From Deltaproteobacteria bacterium (GTDB lineage Bacteria > SAR324 > NAC60-12), in the NCBI GenBank assembly GCA_038150265.1, contig JAYOTF010000006.1:6909-70908 (forward strand): a stretch of DNA of 64,000 nt, given 5' to 3'. This document shows positions 28,646 through 37,014 of the stretch, in pieces. Position numbers and translations under genes: made by a program. Under the pieces are notes generated by a model. The model ran no database searches and was not told where the DNA came from. It was given only the letters and a program-made list of their open reading frames with translations. Position 1 is the stretch's first letter. Each line of letters begins with the position of its first letter.

Positions 28646-29572
28646 TCATTCCTGAGGACTGAGTTCCGCCACCCAGCGTTCGGCGGCAGCTCGATCTTTC
28701 ATCAGCGGGAAGCCCAGCTTGCGTCGATTTTCCAGGAACCGTCGGGCGACTTCCTGGGCCAGGGCTCGGACGCGTCCGATGGTGGCAGCCCGGGCCGAGA
28801 CGCTGATGGCGCTGGCAGCATCAAGCTGATTGAAGGTGTGGGAACACTTCAGCACGTAGTCATAGGCCGGGAAGACCAGCTCGGCTTCCAGAGCGCGCTT
28901 GGCCTCGGCCTCATACTCGTTGAACCAACGGAACATCTGCTCAATGTTGGCGACTTCAAAGGTGTACCTGGAGTGTTCAAACTCCGGTTGCCGGAAGATG
29001 GCGTCGTAGCTCACTCCGGGCGCAAACTCGATGTCAAAGACGTCATCGCGGTCCTGCAGGTAAGAGGCAAGGCGCTCAAGCCCATAGGTCAGCTCGGCCG
29101 AAACCGGGTGACACTCGAGGCCTCCGACCTGCTGGAAGTAGGTAAACTGCGTGACTTCCATGCCGTCGAGCCAGATTTCCCAGCCGAGGCCCCACGCCCC
29201 AAGAGTCGGCGCCTCCCAGTTGTCTTCGACAAAGCGGATGTCATGGTCCAGGGGTTCAATTCCAAGTGCCCGGAGGGAGTCGAGGTAGAGGTCTTCAACG
29301 TTGTCTGGGGAGGGCTTGAGGATGACCTGATACTGGTGGTGCTGGTAGAGGCGGTTGGGATTTTCTCCATAGCGTCCGTCTGCAGGGCGGCGTGAAGGTT
29401 CCACGTAAGCGACGTTCCACTCTTCCGGACCAATGGTGCGCAGGGTCGTCATGGGGTTCATGGTTCCTGCCCCGGTTTCCACGTCATACGGATTCATGAG
29501 GAGGCATCCCTGCTCACTCCAGAACGTGTGCAGGGTCAGGATGATGTCCTGAAGGCTCGTTTTTGCAGGCAT
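28646..29572 (-). CDS. glyQ: glycyl-tRNA synthetase alpha subunit
   Basis: [47 protein letters not shown]. Confidence 0.99.
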   Translation of the reverse strand: MPAKTSLQDIILTLHTFWSEQGCLLMNPYDVETGAGTMNPMTTLRTIGPEEWNVAYVEPSRRPADGRYGENPNRLYQHHQYQVILKPSPDNVEDLYLDSLRALGIEPLDHDIRFVEDNWEAPTLGAWGLGWEIWLDGMEVTQFTYFQQVGGLECHPVSAELTYGLERLASYLQDRDDVFDIEFAPGVSYDAIFRQPEFEHSRYTFEVANIEQMFRWFNEYEAEAKRALEAELVFPAYDYVLKCSHTFNQLDAASAISVSARAATIGRVRALAQEVARRFLENRRKLGFPLMKDRAAAERWVAELSPQE

Positions 29573-29583
29573 CTTGAGGGTCG

Positions 29584-31323
29584 TTAGGTTGGGGAATCGG
29601 AGCCTTCCACCGCGGTGTCACCGAGGGCAGGGAACTCCTTGCGGATGATTTCTCGGAAGTGCTCGGCCAGGTGGTGCAGGGCCAGCTCCTGGTTCATGAA
29701 GGCGAGCAGGTAGTATTCGGACTCTGCCCGGGCAATGGTGTGGTGCTGCTGCGTCAGGGCCTGGTCCGCGTGGGTGGCGGCTTCCGTGGCTCGCTGGCAG
29801 AGGCTCAAAAGCTGAGCCCGGGCCTCTTCTGTGGCGATGAGCTGGGGCTGCAAGGCGGGCTCGCTGAGGGAGCGGACGTCAAAGCGCCGCAGGTGCTCCG
29901 GCTCCTTGAGTTCATCCGTGTTGATCCAGAGCTTCCGGGGCACCTCGGTCAGGCTTCCGTGGAGGTCCATGGCCATGTCTTCATCGTCACAGAGCATGAG
30001 GACGTAGTCGCTCTTGAGGTCAAAGCGGTGCAGGGCTTCTTCCCAGTCGAGGCAGTCAACTTCCAGCTCCAGCAGCAACTCGGCAATGTCTCGGGCTGCC
30101 AGCAAGGCATCGCGCTCCTGTTCATAAAGCGTGATGCGGTTTTGGGCAAGTTGCAGCACCTGTTGATTGTTGCGAGAGCTGTGCTGCAGGTGGTCCCGCC
30201 GGCGCTGAAACTCTTCCGGGGAAAGGGGACGTTCCGGAAGCGTGGAGGTCAGGCTGAGGTCATCCAGCGCCACCCAGCTCTTCAGGCGCTCCATCGCCTG
30301 AGCAACGGCATCGGTGCAGTCCCTGAGGTCGCCCTTCAGAACCACCTCCGGAAAGCTGGAAAGCTGGAGGCAGGTGAGTTCGGGCTCCAGCGTGTACCGC
30401 CCGGGGGCCAGCTGAGAGAGAGCGGTGACCTGATCCACCCCGTTTTGCTGCAGCACCTGGCGCATGACCTCATTCAGAATGGGGGGCGTCCCGAGGCAGC
30501 GGATCGACCGGTTGACCGGAGCCACTTGAGCGGAATACGGAATCAGGGACTTCAGGTCGTTGACGAGCCGGCGGAAGGCTGCGTTCTTGGGGCTGATGCC
30601 TGCGGTCCGGAGGCAGTGGTCGATTCGGAGGTCGGGCCCCTCCAGGCTCAGCAGCGACGGGTAGGGAACTCCGGGAAAGAGGTAGCCCCCATTTTCTTCG
30701 CGCAAAATGCCCTGTACCTGCTCCGGCAGCACCGAGGCTTCCAGGTTGGAGAGGGCCTGGGTGAGCCAGAGCCGTGGATCTTCCCAGCCAAATTCGGTCC
30801 GGATCTGGATGACGCGACGCCAGGGCAAGAGGGCGCCTTCCGGAAAGTCCTCAACGGCGCGCTCCACCTTCCGTCCATCGGGGTGGATGAAGCGGAGCAT
30901 CGCCTGACCGTCAATTTTGATGCGGGGAAAGGACCGGATGCTCTGGGGCAGGATGCCTTCAGGGTCCAGGGGGCGGATCTGCATGCCGTTGCTGAGGCGC
31001 AGCGTGGTGCCTTCTGGCAGCAGGTAGGGCATTTCCTCTTCAACATCAGCCACCACAATTGCCACGCGGGTGAAGTCTGCGGGGAGCGAATGGGCGATTT
31101 CCAGTGCCTCCAGCAGCAACTCGGCATCCTCAAAGGTTCCGGGGCGGATGAGGATCGCCTGCGGGGGCGTGCTTTCGGCAAGCCGCAGGGCCTGGCGGAG
31201 CCCCATGGGGTCTTCTGCCGACAGCCGGATGCCTCCCAGAGTTGGGCCTTCGAGGGCTTCATCCAGTTGCTGGAGCAGGCCCTTCCACTCTTCCGGAGGA
31301 AATCCGATGCCGAATAGGTACAT
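29584..31323 (-). CDS. hypothetical protein (about 580 aa, C-terminal coiled coil)
   Basis: Long ORF with protein-like composition, ending 11 nt before glyQ; ATG at 31323; no recognised family motif. Confidence 0.7.
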   Translation of the reverse strand: MYLFGIGFPPEEWKGLLQQLDEALEGPTLGGIRLSAEDPMGLRQALRLAESTPPQAILIRPGTFEDAELLLEALEIAHSLPADFTRVAIVVADVEEEMPYLLPEGTTLRLSNGMQIRPLDPEGILPQSIRSFPRIKIDGQAMLRFIHPDGRKVERAVEDFPEGALLPWRRVIQIRTEFGWEDPRLWLTQALSNLEASVLPEQVQGILREENGGYLFPGVPYPSLLSLEGPDLRIDHCLRTAGISPKNAAFRRLVNDLKSLIPYSAQVAPVNRSIRCLGTPPILNEVMRQVLQQNGVDQVTALSQLAPGRYTLEPELTCLQLSSFPEVVLKGDLRDCTDAVAQAMERLKSWVALDDLSLTSTLPERPLSPEEFQRRRDHLQHSSRNNQQVLQLAQNRITLYEQERDALLAARDIAELLLELEVDCLDWEEALHRFDLKSDYVLMLCDDEDMAMDLHGSLTEVPRKLWINTDELKEPEHLRRFDVRSLSEPALQPQLIATEEARAQLLSLCQRATEAATHADQALTQQHHTIARAESEYYLLAFMNQELALHHLAEHFREIIRKEFPALGDTAVEGSDSPT

Positions 31324-31570
31324 GGGGTGGTTGGGTCCAGCGGGATTCAAGAAGGTCGTCAAGTGACCGTGAGAGCAACGGTAACCGGTAGCTAATGCCT
31401 TGAAAGCAGGGCGTGTGCAAAGAGAGACTATATCACGCTCGTTGGAGGATGTAAATTCGACTTCTGCATTCCCAGCTTGCAGAATGTCCGCAAAGTCGCT
31501 ATTTTTTGTGATTTTGCGTGAACGCGAGTTCTGGGCAGATTGACCTGCCACGCCTTAACCTCAACGAGAA

Positions 31571-31801
31571 TTGCTCTTGACTGACGAAAAGCTGGAAATC
31601 AAGGGGACGGTCCTGGAGTCCTCCAATGGAATCTTTCGGGTACAGCTGGAAAATGATCACGTGGTGATGGGCCACCTCTCTGGAAAAATGAAGATGCACA
31701 AGATTCGGGTGCTTCCGGGAGATTCGGTTACCATCGAACTGTCTCCTTATGACCTGAGCAAGGGACGCATCGTCCGTCGCGAGAAGATTTCTCGAAACTG
31801 A
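31571..31801 (+). CDS. infA: translation initiation factor IF-1
   Basis: [42 protein letters not shown] start at 31571 or 31577. Confidence 0.96.
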   Translation: MLLTDEKLEIKGTVLESSNGIFRVQLENDHVVMGHLSGKMKMHKIRVLPGDSVTIELSPYDLSKGRIVRREKISRN

Positions 31802-31888
31802 GCCTGCCTCTGGGAGCACGCTCCGCGTGCTGTCGTACCTTTCCCCGAAAGCCTCCGGGCTGTTTGACCCACACCTTCATCCTCTCAG

Positions 31889-33637
31889 ATGACTGCCTTT
31901 GACCGCTTGCTGGCAGACTCGCTGGCTGCTGCCCTCACCCGTTTGAATCCCTCAGACCCCTGGAGTGCTGAGCAGGTTTTGCCCCTCATTGAAACGCCTC
32001 CGAATCCGGAGATGGGAGACTACGCCTTCCCGTGCTTCACGCTGGCCAAACAGTTCCGGAAAGCTCCTCCCCTGATTGCTCAGGAACTGGAAACGATCTT
32101 CCGGGAAGACGGTCCGGCGCGTCCGGAGTGGGAGTCGGTTCAGGCGCTGGGGCCATACCTGAATGTGACCCTGCGGACGGATGCGTTGGCGCAGGCGGTG
32201 CTTCCGGAGGTTTGGAGTGGGGCGTCCTTTCAGCAGCCGAGTGAAAAGCGGCGCGAGCGGGTGATGATTGAGTTCTCCCAGCCCAACACGCACAAGGGCT
32301 TCCACGTGGGGCACCTCCGCAATGTGTCGCTTGGTGATTCGCTGGCTCGGATTTTCCGCTACAACGGCTACGACGTGGTGGGAGCCAACTACATTGGAGA
32401 CGTCGGGACGCACATTGCCAAGTGCCTGTGGGCGTACCGGCAGAGCGAGCAGGCTCCTCCGGAAAACGGACGTGGCGAGTGGCTGGGCACGCTTTACACC
32501 GAGGCCACCCTCAAGCTGGAAGATGCCCCTCCGGAACAGGCCAGGCAGTACCAGCAGGAAATTGGCCAGATTCTGACGGACCTGGAGTCCGGAGTGCCGG
32601 AAATTACAGCGCTGTGGGAAGAAACCCGTCAGTGGTCCATGGACGAGTTTGAGGAGATCTACCGCTGGCTGGATGTTGACTTTGACCGCGTGTTTTATGA
32701 GTCAGAAGTCGATGAGGCTGGAAAGCGGATTGTCCTCGAAGGGGCCGAGTCGGGGCCGTTTGTTCACTCCGAAGGCGCCATTGGCATTGATCTGGAGCCT
32801 GAAGGGTTGGGGTTCTTCCTGCTGCTGAAATCAGATGGCAACACGCTTTACTCGACAAAAGACCTGGCGCTGGCCAAACGAAAGTTTGAGGAGTTTGGTG
32901 TGGAACGCTCCATCTATGTGGTGGGCATGGAGCAGACCCTGCACTTCAAGCAGGTCTTTGCCACCTTGAAGCGCATGGGCTACCCGCAGGCTGAAAAGTG
33001 CTTTCATTTGCCCTATGCGCTGGTGACGCTTCCTTCAGGGAAGATGAGTTCCCGGGCCGGAAACGTCATCCTCTTTTCCCAACTGCGCGAACAGATGATC
33101 GGCTTCCTCAAGTCCGGACCGCTACAGGAGCGGCTTCAGGAATGGTCAGCGGACGAAGTGGAGGCTGTGGCGCACCAAATGGCGGTTGCCGCCATCAAGT
33201 ATGGCATGCTGAGCCAGGATCCGAACAAGCAGATCGTCTTCTCAATGGAAGACTGGCTCCGAGCAGAAGGTGACACTGGGGTCTACCTGGCCTATGCCTA
33301 TGTCCGGATTCGTAGCATTGGGCGACAGGTGGGGGCGGCTTCAGCCGAAGCGGATCTGACCACCTTGCAGCACCCGAATGAAAAACGCTTGCTCCGGCAC
33401 ATGCTGGATTTCAATCAGGTGGTCTGGAGCGCTGGAGAACAATTCAAGCCGTCCCTGATTGCACACGCCTTGTTTGAGTTGGCCAAGGACTTCAGCCGGG
33501 CGTACAACACCTGTCCGGTGAAGCAGGCTGAGACTCCGGAGCTGCGAGAAGCGCGGCTGCTGCTCTTCCACTGTGTTGCGGAAACCCTGAAGCAGGGGCT
33601 GGCCTTGCTGGGCATCACGCCTCCGGAGCGCATGTAG
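31889..33637 (+). CDS. argS: arginyl-tRNA synthetase
   Basis: GDYAFPCF, EFSQPNTHKGFHVGHLRN (HIGH), GKMSSR (KMSKS), YAYVRIRSI, C-terminal ERM. Confidence 0.97.
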   Translation: MTAFDRLLADSLAAALTRLNPSDPWSAEQVLPLIETPPNPEMGDYAFPCFTLAKQFRKAPPLIAQELETIFREDGPARPEWESVQALGPYLNVTLRTDALAQAVLPEVWSGASFQQPSEKRRERVMIEFSQPNTHKGFHVGHLRNVSLGDSLARIFRYNGYDVVGANYIGDVGTHIAKCLWAYRQSEQAPPENGRGEWLGTLYTEATLKLEDAPPEQARQYQQEIGQILTDLESGVPEITALWEETRQWSMDEFEEIYRWLDVDFDRVFYESEVDEAGKRIVLEGAESGPFVHSEGAIGIDLEPEGLGFFLLLKSDGNTLYSTKDLALAKRKFEEFGVERSIYVVGMEQTLHFKQVFATLKRMGYPQAEKCFHLPYALVTLPSGKMSSRAGNVILFSQLREQMIGFLKSGPLQERLQEWSADEVEAVAHQMAVAAIKYGMLSQDPNKQIVFSMEDWLRAEGDTGVYLAYAYVRIRSIGRQVGAASAEADLTTLQHPNEKRLLRHMLDFNQVVWSAGEQFKPSLIAHALFELAKDFSRAYNTCPVKQAETPELREARLLLFHCVAETLKQGLALLGITPPERM

Positions 33638-33846
33638 GCCCTTCACGTGGCAATGGCCCCCGACGCGTGGGCCTTCCCACAACAGGACCACAGGGGTGAA
33701 GCCTTTGGGGTCCGTGAGCCCACTCCTCAAGGCTTCCCTCCAGCGCTTGTTCCTTTTTTCCGACGCTGCTTCTTTGAAAATCAGGGGGTTGTTGCGCCTC
33801 CTCAAATTCGCTAGCATGAAGGAAAACGTGCTTTTTGGAGGTCGTT

Positions 33847-34407
33847 ATGGAAGAACAAGCCCTGAAAACCGAGCTCGAAACCTTCAAGGTGAGCCTGCTG
33901 CAATCCGTGCGCGAGGAAATCCAACTGAAGGTTCGTTCCGCTGTCCGTGAGGAAATTACCCGCACCTTGCTGGATGACAACCGGCAGAATACGGATCGAC
34001 TGCTGGAAGCGATTGAGCATAACACCGAGTCCGGTAACGCGAACACAGAGCGAATCATCGAATCCGGTAATGCGAACACGGAGCGGATCATTGAGTCGGG
34101 TAACGCGAACACGGAGCGGATCATTGAGTCTGGAGAGAGGAACACCGAAAAAATCATACAGGCGGGTGAAGCCAACACCGAGCGCTTACTGGCCTACATG
34201 GAGACCTCGGATCTGCAGACGCATCGGCTGCTTTCCAATATCGCTGAAATCATGAATGGAATGAAGTCGACCCTGGATGGTGTGAATTCCACCCTCACTG
34301 GAATGAAGTCGACCCTGGATGGTGTGAATTCCACCCTCACTGGAATGAACTCCACCCTTACTGGGATGAATTCCACTTTGAAAAGGGTCGAGAAAAAGCT
34401 TCCGTGA
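33847..34407 (+). CDS. tandem-repeat coiled-coil hypothetical protein
   Basis: SD ggagg then ATG 33847; 11-aa repeats ESGNANTERII and 7-aa repeats (G)MNSTLT. Confidence 0.8.
   Translation: MEEQALKTELETFKVSLLQSVREEIQLKVRSAVREEITRTLLDDNRQNTDRLLEAIEHNTESGNANTERIIESGNANTERIIESGNANTERIIESGERNTEKIIQAGEANTERLLAYMETSDLQTHRLLSNIAEIMNGMKSTLDGVNSTLTGMKSTLDGVNSTLTGMNSTLTGMNSTLKRVEKKLP
34027..34191 (+). repeat. 33-bp tandem repeat x5 (three near-identical, two degenerate)
   Basis: Units start at 34027, 34060, 34093, 34126 and 34159; first unit gagtccggtaacgcgaacacagagcgaatcatc. Confidence 0.92.
34261..34380 (+). repeat. exact 42-bp duplication followed by 21-bp units
   Basis: atgaagtcgaccctggatggtgtgaattccaccctcactgga at 34261 and 34303, then atgaactccacccttactggg and atgaattccactttg. 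Confidence 0.93.
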
Positions 34408-34444
34408 TCAGCGGAGTCGCTATTTGGAGCTCAATGACGCGTCC

Positions 34445-35134
34445 TTACAGGGAGGAAAGCCACGCGTCCGGAAGGTCTCGCTGATAAACAGTGCCCCGCC
34501 ACACCCACTTCAGTCCAGATCCGGTCCGCCACATCAAACACCCCTCAAGCATCTGGGGCCACTCTTCTTCCTGAACGGCCTCCTTCTGTTCCAACCAGCC
34601 GAGCAAGGCAGATAGCAAGGTGTCGTGCGTGATGCAAACGTGGACGGTTCCCGCATCCGGGGGCGTGGCCCACGCTTGACTCAGCATTGCACGGACTCCA
34701 GGCTCACAGGCGATCATTCCTTCCAGAGGAAGCCCCTGTAGAAGTCGGTTGACGATGCCGATGGGGCCATGCTCAACCAGCCGTTGGATGGAGGCCTCGA
34801 CATCTTCGATAAACGCTCCGGGCTCACCCAGCGTCTCGTCGGGTTGCACCTCAAGGGCGACTCCAGCGCCTTCGATCAGGGCTCGTCCGGTTTGGACACA
34901 GCGGGTTGAGGCACTGGCGGACACCTTGCGGAGTCGCTGGCCAAACGCGGCCCCCAGTTCCTGCGCGGCCTGCACGCCCTCTGCTGTCAGGTCCACCTGC
35001 ATCCCGAACTTGCCCTCCGGAATCTCCGGGCGGACGGAATGCCGCATGAAGACCACCACACCCTGATCTTCCGGCAACTGTGCCAGCGTCGGCGTCCAGT
35101 CCGGAAGGTGCTGGCGGTTGAAATAGACAGTCAT
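34445..35134 (-). CDS. histidine phosphatase superfamily protein
   Basis: VFMRHS, LTAEG...A..LG, SASTRCVQT, ITHD; SD gaggag. Confidence 0.85.
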   Translation of the reverse strand: MTVYFNRQHLPDWTPTLAQLPEDQGVVVFMRHSVRPEIPEGKFGMQVDLTAEGVQAAQELGAAFGQRLRKVSASASTRCVQTGRALIEGAGVALEVQPDETLGEPGAFIEDVEASIQRLVEHGPIGIVNRLLQGLPLEGMIACEPGVRAMLSQAWATPPDAGTVHVCITHDTLLSALLGWLEQKEAVQEEEWPQMLEGCLMWRTGSGLKWVWRGTVYQRDLPDAWLSSL

Positions 35135-35267
35135 GGCTTGCTTCCTCCTCTAAAGTGTCCCGTCCGGGTGGTGGAACCAGATGAATTTATCTTGCGGGTG
35201 GAGCCGGATGTCCTTACAGTCACACGGTTCCTTGAACTGCTTTGAACCTTCAACAGGTATGCACAGA

Positions 35268-35486
35268 ATGACTTTTCGCACTCGCTCCCTAGCCGCACTG
35301 ATGCTGGCGGCCCTCGCCCTTGCCGGATGTGACTTCAACCGAACGGCTAAGGCGCAACGCCAAGAGTACCGGGCGCTTCGTGCCAACGGCCCCGACTACA
35401 CACCTGCTCCCAATCAGCTGACTCGTCGCATGGACTACTTCAATCAGTCGGAAGAGAACATGCTGGAGAAGATGCGCCAGCGCTGA
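35268..35486 (+). CDS. small lipoprotein
   Basis: MTFRTRSLAALMLAALALAG-C lipobox; fills the gap between neighbouring genes. Confidence 0.65.
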   Translation: MTFRTRSLAALMLAALALAGCDFNRTAKAQRQEYRALRANGPDYTPAPNQLTRRMDYFNQSEENMLEKMRQR

Positions 35487-35945
35487 TCAGTTCTGTAACC
35501 GAGACCGCAGTTCCTCAATACGGTCTCGGTTGACTCCAAGGTCCGAGTACCCCAACCGCGATGCCGAACGGACCTCCATCCAGCCCCCCTGAGCATTCCA
35601 GTAAAACTCCACATCATCAATAAAACGGAAGATCGCACTGGTGAACTCGGCATGCAGGTAGCCTTCCGACTGGGTCACGATTTCTACCCGAGGCAGTTTT
35701 TGGAGCGCCTGAGCGACCTGCTGGATGGGCTCCGTCCCTGAAAGCTGCAGGGGGGCCACACGCTGCTCTTCGCTGGTAGCCTGGCTGGAAACACAGTTGG
35801 GGCTCGGTGGGCAGGGTTTCAGCGTTCCGGAAGTGACCCCCAACTCCGGACGTGTGCCTCCGCATCCGGCGACTCCCAGGGTCAGGCAGGCTCCCAGGAG
35901 CAGGGTCAGGGAGCGGAAACGAGGCGGTGCAGGCGAATTTGCCAT
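35487..35945 (-). CDS. DUF1499 family lipoprotein
   Basis: LKPCPPSPNCVSS, FIDDVEF, RSASRLGYSDLGVNRDRIE; lipobox VAG-C. Confidence 0.88.
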   Translation of the reverse strand: MANSPAPPRFRSLTLLLGACLTLGVAGCGGTRPELGVTSGTLKPCPPSPNCVSSQATSEEQRVAPLQLSGTEPIQQVAQALQKLPRVEIVTQSEGYLHAEFTSAIFRFIDDVEFYWNAQGGWMEVRSASRLGYSDLGVNRDRIEELRSRLQN

Positions 35946-36829
35946 TGGCGTGACTGATAGTGTTGAAGAAACCCTTCCACTTGCACCGAAGTGCCCGGAG
36001 AAGTGACCGACTGGGGGAACCACTGGCGTTGCCGCTTGCCCAGAAAAACCGGGAGCCCGTCGCGTGAGTCAGGGTGCCGGAGGAAGAGCAAAGCGGCTCC
36101 ATAGCGCAGCGACTTGGTGGACTGAATCACTCCCCGCACACGAATGAAGTGCCCCTCCATGCTTCCTGGATCCACGTCCTCAGGGGGGAGCACCCGCATC
36201 TGAAACAACGGGTTGCGCGTGGAGTAGACGGTTTTCCCTTCTTCTCGCAAGCGCAGCAGGTAGCGTTTCCTGGAGTCCCGCTGGCTCCAGATGCCTGCAC
36301 TCAGGTCGAACGCCTTGATTTCAGCACGAGCATACGCTTCATACGCCTCTTGGGGCGTCGGGAGTGAAAAGCGTGTGTCGAAGTAGCTGTGTCCGGCCCG
36401 GATCAACTCCAGGCTGGCGTTGCCTCCGGCGAACTCGAGAATCCCCAGCCAGCGTCCATAACGGTCCTGAGGTTCCTCCGGGTTCACCCAAAGGGCCTCC
36501 CGGGCACGCAACAGCTCCCCGAGTGCAGCTTTGGCTGGAAGCCCGAACTGGCGGTCTTGCCCTTTATGGGATCGAGACAGCTCCGGTGTGTCCACAAACA
36601 GCAGGCGAACCCGCTCCGTTTTTTTGTCCAGCTTCCCATCGCCATTCAGGTCCACGTCAAACGTGTCCCCGTCAATGACCCGGAACGCCCGGTCCACCAG
36701 GGAGTACGAATCCCACTGGCGCGGGAGCGTCTGGTCATTGGCCAGAGCAAGACTGGTCAGGAAAATCCATCCGGCACCGAAAAGACTCAAGAGGCGCCAG
36801 GTTCTGCGGCAAAGACACATCATTTGCAT
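35906..36829 (-). CDS. secreted thermonuclease (SNase family) with C-terminal OB-fold-like extension
   Basis: RVIDGDTF, VRLLFVDTPE, DRYGRWL, GIWS; signal-like N-terminus. Confidence 0.88.
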   Translation of the reverse strand: MQMMCLCRRTWRLLSLFGAGWIFLTSLALANDQTLPRQWDSYSLVDRAFRVIDGDTFDVDLNGDGKLDKKTERVRLLFVDTPELSRSHKGQDRQFGLPAKAALGELLRAREALWVNPEEPQDRYGRWLGILEFAGGNASLELIRAGHSYFDTRFSLPTPQEAYEAYARAEIKAFDLSAGIWSQRDSRKRYLLRLREEGKTVYSTRNPLFQMRVLPPEDVDPGSMEGHFIRVRGVIQSTKSLRYGAALLFLRHPDSRDGLPVFLGKRQRQWFPQSVTSPGTSVQVEGFLQHYQSRQWQIRLHRLVSAP

Positions 36830-37014
36830 TTAGATTAACAGGAACCGGCTGAGAAACAAGCAGGGAAACCCTCCTGTTCTCCGCGAGCAAAACGTTTGCA
36901 AGTCTCTGTCAATGCGGTAACTTTTGAAGAGTCGGTCCATCGCCATCAACTTCAGGAAAAAAGACGCTCTGACCGGTCCGCAAGGACCTTGCCTCCACTC
37001 GCATCCACCACTCC

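Noticed and set aside
34027..34380. Tandem repeats as a possible CRISPR array
   Set aside because: Units are contiguous with no unique spacers, are multiples of three, vary at synonymous positions and lie inside an ORF; no cas genes nearby
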